Shown here: positions 52,645 to 64,000 of the stretch, piece after piece | Layout: the number at the start of each line of letters is the position of its first letter | Position numbering within the stretch: position 1 is the stretch's first letter | NCBI GenBank assembly: GCA_951406725.2 | Contig: OX597827.1 | Span: 44,640,001-44,704,000 of the forward strand | Direction of reading: 5' to 3' | Length of the DNA: 64,000 bases | Source: Octopus vulgaris | Lineage: Eukaryota | Made by a program: the position numbers and the translations under genes | Notes under the pieces: generated by a model | Told to the model about the DNA's origin: nothing | What the model saw: only the letters and a program-made list of their open reading frames with translations | Databases searched by the model: none

Positions 52645-53873
52645 CAGGGTGTATAAGATATTTGAGAGCATGTCTTTTTTGGGTCATTCCTGCATTTTTT
52701 GCTTACTCTGTGTAATTTTTGTTTCAGAAAATAATAATGAATAATAATGGCAGACCCTCGGCTTACTCAAGAAATGAAGAGGCATGCCGTTATTGTGGTT
52801 ATAAAGGCTGAGTATAGCTATTTAGAAATATCTCGATTTTTAATAGTTGCCAAATCCTTTGTAAGGAGCTAGAAACTGAAGATGGAAACATATCGCCAGT
52901 ATCAAAGCATAAAAAGCATTCTAAATGCTCTGAAATCATCAGGACACCTGAATTTATCCAGCATGTTCAACAAACCATTGATTACAATCCCAGAATGTCC
53001 ATGAGATCAATTGCAAAAGATCTCCATGTGTCAGAAGGAACTATCAGAAATGTTGTCCATGAAGACATCAGATATATCAGTCTTATATGATGAGGAAAGG
53101 TCAGTTTGTCAGAAAAGGGAAATCACTACATCAAACCTAAAAGGCTCTTTAACAAACTGAAAAGCAGAAGATTTAATTTGGTTTTTCTCAAACGAGAAAA
53201 ACTTCAACCAAAATCAAAAAGTTAACAGAAGAAATGATAGATGGTTATGTTCAGACCCTTCTGAACTTCCAAGTGTAATGCATACAAAATTACCTGCAAC
53301 TGTCATGGTTTTAGAGGTTGTCAGCAATGAAGGACATGTGATGCCTCCTTACTTCTTTCCATAAGGCCTTAGAGTTAACTCTGCTGCCTACATTGAGGTT
53401 CTGGAAATAATTGTTAAGCCCTGGATAGACAGCGTATGCAATGGAAGGCCATATGTGTTTCAGTAAGACTCTCTAGTAACACAGGAATGGATGGCTGAAA
53501 ATTATCATGATCATATAACCCCTAACATTTGGCCTCCTAATTCCTCAGATCTCAATCCATTGGACTATTACATGTGGAGCGTTGTTGAGAGAGAGGTCAA
53601 TGAACACGCCCATAACACCAAAGATTCTTTGAAAGCTGCCATAGTCAGAGTAATGTCCAAAATGAACCAGGACCACTTGATTCGAACATGCAGATGATTT
53701 AGATCTCATATAGAAGCAGCTGTTGAAGCTGAAGGTGGCTTTATCAAATGACATTATAGAAAAGAAGGTTTATTTTTATCCTCATAGCATTCTTTGATAA
53801 ATAAAGTTATTATCTCCACTATATATTTTTGTTTATAAACATAAATCTGACCTCAAATATCTTAAGCACCCTT
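52645..53873 (+). mobile_element. Near full-length decayed Tc1/mariner transposon, DD37D/maT-like
   Basis: TA-flanked TIRs CAGGGTGTATAAGATATTTGAG / CTCAAATATCTTAAGCACCCTT; inserted in the microsatellite of a family 1 SINE (head 52380-52530, tail 54390-54580). Confidence 0.9.
52747..53751 (+). pseudogene. Transposase pseudogene (HTH + DDD domain) with frameshifts and stops
   Basis: MADPRLTQEMKRHAV..SMRSIAKDLHVSEGTIRNVVHEDI..WFFSNEKNF..VMVLEVVSNEG..PYVFQ*DS..WPPNSSDLNPLDYYMW..VEAEGGFIK*. Confidence 0.9.
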
Positions 53874-54952
53874 TATATGTTTGTGTGTGTGTGTGTATGT
53901 GTATGTATATATATATATATTTGTATAGATCTGTGTGTGTATATGTATATACATATATGTGTATATGTGTGTATCTGTATGTATGTGTGTTAGTGTTGTG
54001 TATGTATATATGTGTGTATATATGTATGTGTGTGTATGAAGGTATGTATGTATATGTATAATTACTTACAGGATCTAATAGAATCAATTTATTAAAATAA
54101 CAAAGACACCAAGCTAGAGTTGAGCGCAACATACCCGTCTATCAACATGGGTATGCTGTACTCAACTCAACTCCACCTTGTATCATTAGTGCATATGGAC
54201 TCTCACATACTAACTAAAGCATATACAGATTAGTCCTTCCAATTATGCATACATCCACAAGTATACACCAAATACAATCAGTGTATGTGTAAAATCACAC
54301 AAAAGTATACTCCTGCATGCTGTCCATGGTCCACTGTAGGCTCAAGATCCAATACATTTGTGTTATTATATATATATGGGGAAGGGGCAGTTGTGTTTGT
54401 CCCCCACCATCACTTGACAACCATTGTTCATGTGTTTACATCCCTGTAACTTAGCGGTTTGACAAGAGAGGCAGATAGGATAAGTACCAGGCTTAAAAAA
54501 AGCAAAATAAGATAAAATAATACTGGGGTCAGTGCCCCAGCATGGCCACAGTCTAATGACTGAAATAAGTAAAAGTTAAAAGACATAACATATTTACCTG
54601 AATCCGTCTGTGTTGTGGTTCTGTCTGTTGGTTGTTTGTCTATGTCAGTTCTGAATGAGTTATAAATGAAATGTCATCTGCAAGATTTAATTTTCTGTTT
54701 AAAAATTTTGCCACCAGCAACCACTTAAGAATGGCTGCTTCTTATTTCTTTACGCAAAAGTACCATGCAATAAATAGGCTGGCTTTATGGTTTCGTTATT
54801 AATGTTGTTCTACGTTCTGAGATCAAATTCCGCTGGGGTTCACTTTGCCTGTCATCCTTTTGAGGGGGTCAATGAAATAAGTACCAGTTGAGTGCTGGGA
54901 TCGATGTAATCGACTACCCCCCCTCCCCACAAATTTCAGGCCTTGTGCCTAT

Positions 54953-55335
54953 ACTCTTTTACTCTTTTAGTCATGTGACTGTGGCCATGCTGGAGCACTG
55001 CCTTTAGTCGAGCAAATCGACCCCAGGACTTATTCTTTGTAAACCTAGCACTTATTCTATCGGTCACTTTTGCTGAACCGATAAGTTACAGGGACGTAAA
55101 CACACCAACATCGGTTGCAAACGATGTTGGGGGGACAAACACAGACACAAACATATACACACACATATATATGACAGGCTTCTTTCAGTTTCCATCTACC
55201 AAATCCACTCACAAGGCTTTGGTCAGCCCGAGGCTATAGTAGAAGACACTTGCCCAAGGTGCCATGCAGTGGGACTGACCTCAGAACCATGTGGTTCGTA
55301 AGCAAGGTACTTACTACACAGCCACACCTATGCCT
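54953..55335 (-). mobile_element. Full-length family 1 SINE inserted in a family 2 SINE tail (54805-54950)
   Basis: Sequence identity; the family 2 tail resumes as GGAAGAATTATT after 55340. Confidence 0.8.
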
Positions 55336-56319
55336 ATGCTACGATAGGAAGAATTATTAATATTGTTGTTGTTTATCCCATATCAGTCTTTCCCATCTTA
55401 TACCTAGTGCTGTAGTGCAACTGCAATGTGCCCTTAAGACAGCAGAGTACACTTTGAGGGGGAATTATCCTCTATTTTTTCACCAGTGGGGTGGGAGAGC
55501 ACATAAGCATATCATCGTTGAGTGTGTGATATCGATGTCATAACTGAGACAGATATCTCTATATAAAAATAGCCAGTATAAATGTTGATTAGCTGATTAT
55601 TTTTTCTAATCATGCTTTACATTATGTAGAGCGATACAGAGGGAGTTAACATAAGAGGTGCATGAGGAGTGCACATACTAGGCTTGTTGGCAGGCAGTGA
55701 GTAAAGGAATGCTACACACCCAAAGAATTGTATGTAGAAGAGGAGAGGGAGTAAAAGACAATAGCTATGGGAGTTGTAGAAATGAGAAATTTGCCTTATG
55801 TAATTTTATTTGAAGGTGATATTTTTCTTTTAAAACTTAGTATACAATTTAACATTTTGTAGAAACACCTAGAAATTTGATAAAAGTTATGATTATTGTA
55901 TGTGTGCCATATTTCCTGATGTCACCTATGGTGGCAAAAATATACTTCCAAAGTTCCCTTTCACATGAGAGATAACACGGTAGTAACTAATATGAGAGAG
56001 ACTGTAAGTTGTAATACAATTTTAACAATTTGAAAGACTGTTTGTTGTTTTCATTTTGAATGCAAGAAAGCAGTCAAGTGTTAGGAATAGTGGAGAAGCC
56101 TTTTCAGTATTTAATTCTGTCTGCCTAAATTTGTGAGTTAAAAGCTCGGCTTTTCATCCTCTCTCGGGTCAGTGAAAGCACAGTATCATTTTATTACACT
56201 ATATGCTTTATACCTCTCTCTCTTTTCCGAATACATCTTTGTGACAAGGTGAAAAATAGTGATTGTTTATTTATTTAACCTATTTATAAACAATAAATAT
56301 ATGTGTCTTTTCAAATAAT

Positions 56320-56746
56320 ATTGTTATTATTATTATTATTATTATTATTAAGGTGGCAGGCTGGCAGAATTATTAGCATGCTTAGTGAAATGCTTAGTGG
56401 CATTTCATCTGCTGCTCCATTCTGAGTTCAAATTCCACCAAGGTCGACTTTGCCTTTCATCCTTTCAGGATCGATACATTAAGTACCCTTTGAGTACTGG
56501 GCTCAATGTAATCAACTTACCCCTCCCCCAAAAATTTCAGGCCTTGTGGCTATAATAGAAAGGATTATTATTATTATTATTATTAAGGCAAGCTGGCAGA
56601 ATTGTTAGCCCACTGAGCGAATGCTTAACGGTTCACGTTCTGAGTTCAAATTCCACCAAGTTCGATTTTTGCCTTTCAACCTTTCAGGGTCAATAAATTA
56701 AGTACCAGTGAAACACTGGGATTTCAGGACTTATGCCTTTAGTAGA

Positions 56747-56809
<63 letters not shown>

Positions 56810-57435
56810 GGCAGCCTGGTAGAATTGCTGGTGTCATTTTGCCTTTCTTTGCATTCTGAGTTCAAATTCCATTGAGGTCATTGACTTTACTTTTCATCCT
56901 TTCAAGTTTGATGAAATAAGTACCCATCTAGCACTGTGGTTGATGTAATCACCCAGCCCCCTCTCCCAAAATTGCAGGGATAACTATAATAGAAAGCATT
57001 ATTAAGGCAGTGAGCTTAGCAGAATCATTAGCATGCTAGACAATATGCTGAGCAGAATTTTGCCTGTCATTACATTCTGAGTTCAAATTCTACCAAGATC
57101 AACTTTCCCTTTCATGTTTTCGGGGTTGATAAATTAAGTCAAGCATTGGTTGGGAGGTGTAATTGACTGTCCCCTCCCGCAAAATTTCAGGTTTTGTGCC
57201 TATAATACAAAGGATGATTATCCTTATTATTACTAAGGCAGCAAGCTGGCTTAGAGGCATTTCATCTGTCTTTATGTTCTGAGTTCAAATTCCATTGCAG
57301 TCGACTTTGCCTTTCATCCTTTCAGGGTCGATAAAATAAGTACCAGTTGAACACTGGGGTCAATGCAATCAATTGTCGCCCCCCCCCCAAAAAAAAAATT
57401 CCAGGCCTTGTGCCTTAAGTAGAAGGGATTATTAC
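56320..57435 (+). repeat. Head-to-tail array of ~5 family 2 SINEs (tail B) separated by (ATT)n
   Basis: Units start at about 56350, 56585, 56808, 57004 and 57235. Confidence 0.85.
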
Positions 57436-58838
57436 TAAATTTCTACCTGTGCACACACATGTGAAAGGGTCGATCTTGTTTGTAAGCTTGATTAAAGCTT
57501 TCAAACAGCCCCTTTTCCCCTTTCTTATATGCGTCTTTTGACTGTAAGTTTGATCCCAAAATATGTATTGAATCATGTATTGAAAGGTGAATTTTGATAT
57601 TTCAAGGCAGTGAAATCATATCACCTCTTTATTTACAACCCACCACCCCCACACACACACACATACACACAAAATTCTTTTGACATTTATTTTATTTCAA
57701 TGTATTTTATTCCATTTTGTCTATTCCTGCTTGCAGTTAACAGTATCATACATCTAAGACCTGATTACTGATACTCTAGGTTACTGCTGCTATATCTCAT
57801 TATTTCATTTATTTATACACAGTTTATTGAAACCTTTCATATAGTTTATCAAATAACATTGGCGTTTATATTATTATTCTATCTATACATACACATACAA
57901 ACACACACACACACACACACATGTGTGTGTGTCTATGTATATATGTGTGTATGTGTGTTCTCTCTTCTTTGGTGTGCTTGTGTATAGCTAGCTAGCTCTG
58001 TCTATAGATTTCTGTTTGGATGTGAGTGGATGTTCGTATCAATTATGTAAATTGCTAAAGGGGACTCCACTATTGATAGTGTGTTTAAAATATAGTGTTG
58101 TTTGATATAAAAAGAAAAAGAAAATCAGAAAAAAGGGGAAAATATGATTTTAGTTACCTTGTCGAAACCAGACAAGTTTCATGTTTAAGCATAATTTTTT
58201 AAAAAAATATGTTATATGTATGAAGTTTTTTATAAAGTATAATAATAATGTTAAAATCTTGCATTTTTTTTTTTTTCTAATTTTGTCAAAAATGAAATAA
58301 TATTGTGTTTGTGTGTGTACATGTGTCCCTCCTCCTGAATTATTTTCAGGCAGCAATTTCAGGTTTTAGATTAAGGTAGAATTATTTCTATTCATTAGAA
58401 TGTATTTTTTTCCAACCCAAGTCATTTATTCTGCCTATTATGTGTGTATGTGTATGTGCGTATGTATGTGTGTGTGTGTGTGTGTGTGTATTTACTTACA
58501 TACATTACACACACACGCACACACACATTCCAAATTCTGCAATGACCTTCAGACATTAACTGATGAAAAGAGATTTGTATCCATATTTTTTTCTATATCT
58601 TGTTCATTGTCTGCTTTTAATTTTTCTCTTAAATAAGTATGTATGTGTGTGAGAGTATGTATATATATATATGTGTGTGTGTGTTTATGTATATGTATGC
58701 ATGTGCATGTGGCAATCAACCTATAAGCAAAGTGACACCAAGTATGGTTCAGCACTAATCTAACTTCTGTAAATTCATTTTTTTTCCTATCTTGCTGTGA
58801 TTCAAAACAGAAATTGTGCATGCCTATGCACACGCACA

Positions 58839-58878
<40 letters not shown>

Positions 58879-59019
58879 ATATATATATATATTTAGGTGG
58901 ATGATGATGATGATGACAGTTTGAAAGAGGGTACGTGAGCGCTATATTTACAGTACTTCATTTATATGGTTTTGATTTTTAAAATTGCATGCCCTGGCTT
59001 ATAAATTAGGAATCGCTAC

Positions 59020-59130
59020 AGCTCTCTGCAGTCGCTTGACATGACCTGCTAGAATAACCGCCAAATCTCAGGATGGTTATGTTTGGAATGCCTTTGATCT
59101 CAGAGCTCATCGATCAGAGTTAAACAACAA
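59020..59130 (+). repeat. Ancient degenerate interspersed repeat (unclassified, SINE-like)
   Basis: The motifs CTGCTAGAA(A)TA(G/A)C..CCAAATCTC and GGATGGT(T/C)A..TGGAATG..TTTGATC..AAACAACAA recur in either orientation at about 380-450, 11870-12010, 14500-14570, 18070-18270, 31810, 49200-49400, 60210-60260, 61030-61090 and 63310-63370. Confidence 0.55.
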
Positions 59131-59784
59131 TAATAGTGACGATGACGACGACATCATCAACAACAACGATCAAACCAGCTTTCTTTGCTTCTGCATCCTT
59201 CTCGCTATCTTTTCAGAGTTGTCAAAGTTCAGGGATCGATCGTTTCTTTGATAACATTCTCCTATCTTTTCTATTTTCGTCTGCTCCCCCTTTTCTTCTA
59301 GAATTATCTCTTGAAAGATGGATGGCGTTAGCAAAACCATGGGGCCTTGGTGTATGCTGCCAACATTAAGTCACTTATCATTTGACAATGCTGTTCAACA
59401 GATTTTGTCCATATTCAGTAGAAGTATAGATTTCTTTTTTTTTTCCCCCTAACACCTTAATTAAAGACAAAGGTCAGTTTTATGTGGTTCTCAAATGTTA
59501 TTTTGGTAACATCTCATCTTCTGAATTTTCTTTCATTCTCTTTCTGGTTTTCACTCAGTGGACTGTAACCATGATACAGCACTGCTTTCAAGAATTTTTT
59601 TTTTCTTTTCAATTGATTATATCTTAAACAATTATTGGTCTGGTACTTATTTCATTAATTAACCTCAAAATTAACAAAAAAAAGGCAAGTCCCTAGCTTT
59701 TCTTTTTTTTTTATTTGTTCATATTATTTTATTCTTAGTTTTGTTTTGTTTTTGGAACAAAACTTTTGTCTGCGATCAGTGGCT

Positions 59785-60915
59785 CTCTTTTATCTTTTAC
59801 TTGTTTCAATCGTTTGACTGTGGCCATGCTGGGGCACTGCCATGAGGAATTTTTAATCAAATGAATCAACCCCAATGCTTAATTTTCTAAACCTGGTACT
59901 TATTCTATCTGTCGCTTTTGCCAAATTGCTAAGTCACAGGAATATAAACAAACCAACACTGGTTGTCAAGCAGTGGCCAAACACAGACACAAAGACACAC
60001 ACACACTTATATTTATACACCAGGCTTCTTTCAGTTTCCACCCACCAAGTCCACACACAAAGCCATGGTCTGCATAATGCTATAGTAGAAAATACTTTCC
60101 CAAGGTGCCATGCAGTGGGACTGAACCTGGAACTATGTTCTTGGGAAGCAAACTCCTTACCACATAGCCACATTTGTGCTATGCTTTACAAACAAAAGTG
60201 TAGGAGCATTTATGTGGTCACTTGAGCTCCTAGAATCAACAGCTAATTCTCCTTCAAAATGCACATAAAATAAGCATAAACTAAGGAGTGATGCTTTGAA
60301 TGTCACATGGGAAAAAATATCTTGGCTGATATTTCCATTTTAGTTGGAGAATCCTTGTCATTATCATTTAATGTCTGTTTTCCCTGCTGGCATGGGTTGG
60401 ACGGTATGACAGGGGCTGGCAAGGTCAGGATATGCACCAAGTTCTGTTGTCTGTTTTGGCTTGATTTCTACAACTGGAAACACCAACCACTTTACAGAGT
60501 GTACTGGATGTTTTTTCTATGTGGCACCATCACCTGGAAAATCTGTTGGTAGTTGTTAACGACTTGTAGTTCTTTTGTTGACATGCACTACCTTTCTTTT
60601 ATCTTTTATAATTTACTTGTTTTAGTTATTTGACTGTGGCCATGCTACAGCACTACCTTGAAGGGTTCAGTTGAACAAATTGACTTCATTACTGGCTTTT
60701 TTGTTTTTAAGTCTGGTACTTATTCTATCAGTCTCTTTTGCCAAACTGCTAGGTTATAGGGATGTAAACAAACCAGCACCAGTTGCCAAGAAGTGGTAGG
60801 GAGTCAAACACACACACACAATGGGCTTCTTTCAGTTTCCATCTACCAAATCCACTCACAAGGCATTGGTTGACTTGAGGCTATAATAGAAAACCCATGC
60901 TTAAGGGGTGCCACA
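59785..60915 (-). mobile_element. Two older family 1 SINEs (59785-60175, 60596-60915)
   Basis: Sequence identity to the other copies. Confidence 0.75.
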
Positions 60916-61104
60916 CAATATGAATTTTCAAAATAACGAGCATGAAATTTTGATGGACAATTTGGAGGGGTCACTTTAAAACAAGAACCTTGTATCAGTC
61001 TGAGGTACACTATATCTGGGGAAAAATTGAGGTAGTCATGGTTGGAACATCTTTAATCAGGGCCAGTCTAGGACTAAGCAACAACAACAACCAGATTATA
61101 TATT

Positions 61105-61550
61105 AGTGTCATTTAAACCACCCATTACTGGCTCTAGTATTCTACCTGATTTATGTTCAAACTGACCAGATCTGGCCTCTCACACCTTTCCTACAATGTC
61201 CTTCCCAATGTAAATACTCACAAAACTGGAATCTCAAAGCTACATGATTATGCATGCTTAACACGTTAGCATGGAGATTACTTTGTCAAATGTGATAGTT
61301 ATTTATTTGCCTTTTGTAAAATAAATCCTGTATTATTTCATAGTTTTGAGACTTCAAAGATGTGATTGTTTATTTTTAGAATGATATTGCAGGGTAGGTG
61401 TGAGAAGCTGGATCTGGCCAGTCTGAACATAAAACAGGTAGAATATTTGGGCCAGATATGGATGGTTTGAATAATAAAGAGTTCATTCAAAACAATGTGA
61501 ATAAATAAGCATTACATTTGACAGAATAATTTGAGCATTAAAAGGGTCAA
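61105..61550. mobile_element. MITE A with a second MITE A inserted in opposite orientation at its internal TTAA
   Basis: Forward copy to TTAA 61258-61261, reverse copy to TTCA 61482-61485, then the forward copy resumes TTCAAAACAATGTG. Confidence 0.75.
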
Positions 61551-62917
61551 TGCGAAAGACATCCAATTCTTCTGTAAATCGTCTGTGTCTCAGCAAGGCT
61601 TGTATAGCGGTAGTACTGACAGGAAGTTCACCATTATTGGTGAGACTAAATCTGTATGAGAAAAAAAGAATGCGATGGCGAAGGAGAAGAAGAAAAAGAA
61701 AAAAAAAAAATGAAATGTTAGTGCATCCAGCAGTTCTCAGTAGGAGTGTTTGGCAGCAGGATAGGTCTTGGGTTGGGGTGATGATGGAAATAAATTCCAA
61801 AGTGTAAAATGTCTGTCACAGTAGCCAAAGAAGTTGAGAGAAAGAGAGAGGGAAGACATAAATGTAGTATGAAGAGTCCAAGAGTTTAAAAGGTGTCACG
61901 AAAAGACAAAGAGGGAGACACAAAGATAATATTTGGCAGCGACTATTTGTGAATGGAAGCGAAGGAACTTCGCATTCAATTTGTAATCAGCACTTCATGT
62001 GCATGTGCAATCAACTCTAATTAAGTCACTACTTTATCACTTAACCTCATTGCTTGTTAAACGAAATAAAAGTGTTAATAAGCAATTTCATACCACCTTC
62101 CAGTCTGTACCTACTTTTGTCCTCACCAACTCCCAAATGCCTGACTCTTGCCAGATAAAATTTCACAGCACCTAATATTCAGAGTTGACCATATATAAAC
62201 TGTGAAGATAATTGCTCTTTGCTCTGCCAGTAGTGGAGATCCTAGTCTGTGAATATTTAGTTCCATGCATGTAAACAGCCAGGAAGTAAACTGGCAGAAT
62301 TGTCAGCATATAAGACAAATTGCTCTTTATGGTAATTGTTCAGGTCCTTAAAGCTCTAAGTTCAAATCCTGTTGAGGTTAGTATTATTGGCAGTGAATTA
62401 GCAAAGTCATTATAGCATCACTCAGAATATCTTATGTCATTCATTCCAGTTCTTTGCACTCTGAATTAAAATACTGCCAAGGTTAGCTTAGTCATTCCCT
62501 TTTTTTTTTTTTTAATGTGGTGTTGGTGGTGGTGGCTTCATAGAGTACTAGTCCTGTTCTTGGGTCAATTCTCCTCTTTTCTTCACATTTTCTGTCTGTT
62601 TGCCTGTCTGTTCCTAGAAGAAATCATTCTGTGTCAGATCTGATGAGGTATGGGCTTTGCCGGATCCAAAACTGTCCAAGATACTTTTGTATCATGATGG
62701 TGCATTTATGCTTCCTTCAGGATTTGAAGGTGCAAGGCAACAGAAGTCAACAAGGAGAGGAAGCCTTCACTATTTCACTACCATGGGCTGCAACTGATCT
62801 TTAAAATCTTGCAGGGATTTAATAGGAAGCTACTTCCTAACTGGAGGAAACTAGTTTAGTGGATAAACAACATCAACCACAGCAAGCCAACAAAAGGGTC
62901 TGTATGTAGTCATTCAA

Positions 62918-63292
62918 ACATGGTTTGGGGTTCATTCCCACTGTGTGGCACCTTGGGCAAGTGTCTCCTCTATAGCCTCGGGCCAACCAAAGCCTTGTGA
63001 GTGGATTTGGTTGACAGAAACTGAAAGAGACCCGTCATGTATATGTATATATGTATGTGTGTGTGTATATATCTGTCTGTTTTCACCCCCACCCACCCAC
63101 ACACACACATCGCTTGACAACCGATGCTGGTGTGTTTACGTCCCTGTAAATTAGCGGTTCTGCAAAAGAGGCCAATAGAATAAGTACTAGGCTTTACAAA
63201 GAATAAGTCCTGGGAGTCGATTTGCTCGACTAAAGGCGGTGCTCCAGCATGGCCACAGTCAAATGACTGAAACGAATAAAAGAGTAAAGAGT
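62918..63292 (+). mobile_element. Family 1 SINE, slightly 5'-truncated
   Basis: Matches 19140-19530; ends AAAAGAGTAAAGAGT. Confidence 0.85.
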
Positions 63293-64000
63293 ATACATTA
63301 TCCAACATATTTTGCATGGTGAGTCTACTGAGCGAGATTTGGTTGCTATTTCTACCAGACTGAGGGACTCTAAAGAACAGCACCCTTGTTCAGACTCTGC
63401 ACATCACTGGGCTGAAATGTGACAGCTAATAAATTCAATGGTATCGGCTCTACTTGATAGTGCGGACTAGTTTGATAGACAGCTATCTCTACTCTCTACT
63501 CTGATCTAAGTAATCAATGGCTGCCAAAGTTTTCATGTGGAATCACAAGATACTCTCCTGCTGATTTGATCATGATGATGAAGAACAAATGATGAAAATG
63601 CTATGCAATAATGATAATAATAAAATGGTGATGATAATGGCAGTGATGGTGGTAGTATTAGTAGTTGTTGTTAGAGTATCTGAATGTTTTCTTTTTTTTT
63701 TAAAAAAAAAAAGGAAGAAAAAACATCATTATCCTCCTTTTATGCTAACAGTTCAATCATACTTTCAAAATGTTTTGATTGCATGTGTATGTGTGTGTGT
63801 GCAAATGTTTTATATATATATATACACGTGTGTGTCTGTGTGTGTATATATATGTGTGTGTGTGTTTGTGCATGTGCGCACATGTATGTATGTGAGTATG
63901 TACTTTTTTTGCTCAGCTAACCAGTCACCACTTCTTTGCTCAGAAAATGGTATTTTTTTATAAAAATCAAAAAATCAAAAAAGTAACAAATAACAAAGTC

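Noticed and set aside
54071-54350. Third GGATC..GATCC Merlin-like element
   Set aside because: There is no extended TIR and no TSD.
58150-58200. Minus-strand exon MKLVWFRQ with donor AAG|GTAACT
   Set aside because: There is no convincing acceptor or homology; it is an isolated signal.

Overview
This is AT-rich, microsatellite-saturated animal genomic DNA, most likely a coleoid cephalopod (octopus), inferred from its SINE repertoire. No intact protein-coding gene is recognisable, and almost all ORFs in the track come from (TA)n/(TG)n/(CAT)n/(ATT)n tracts or repeat interiors. The window reads as a long intron (a + strand host is weakly suggested by U-rich acceptor tracts) or intergenic DNA. 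It contains three tRNA-derived SINE families (two with swappable 3' tails), RTE and CR1/L2-like LINE fragments, a decayed DD37D/maT-like Tc1/mariner, and non-autonomous mariner, hAT, piggyBac-type (TTAA) and Merlin-type (GG..CC, 8-bp TSD) elements. The best leads are: (1) minimal type I hammerhead-ribozyme folds in tiny Penelope-like inserts inside (TA)n, best at 36569-36618 (-); (2) candidate + strand microexons plus a recursive-splice-like AG|GT site at 37517; (3) head-to-tail SINE arrays built on (ATT)n; (4) an RTE insertion with a twin-priming 5' inversion; (5) inverted repeat pairs that could form ADAR substrates. All calls are by eye with no searches run, and boundaries are approximate unless TSDs are given.
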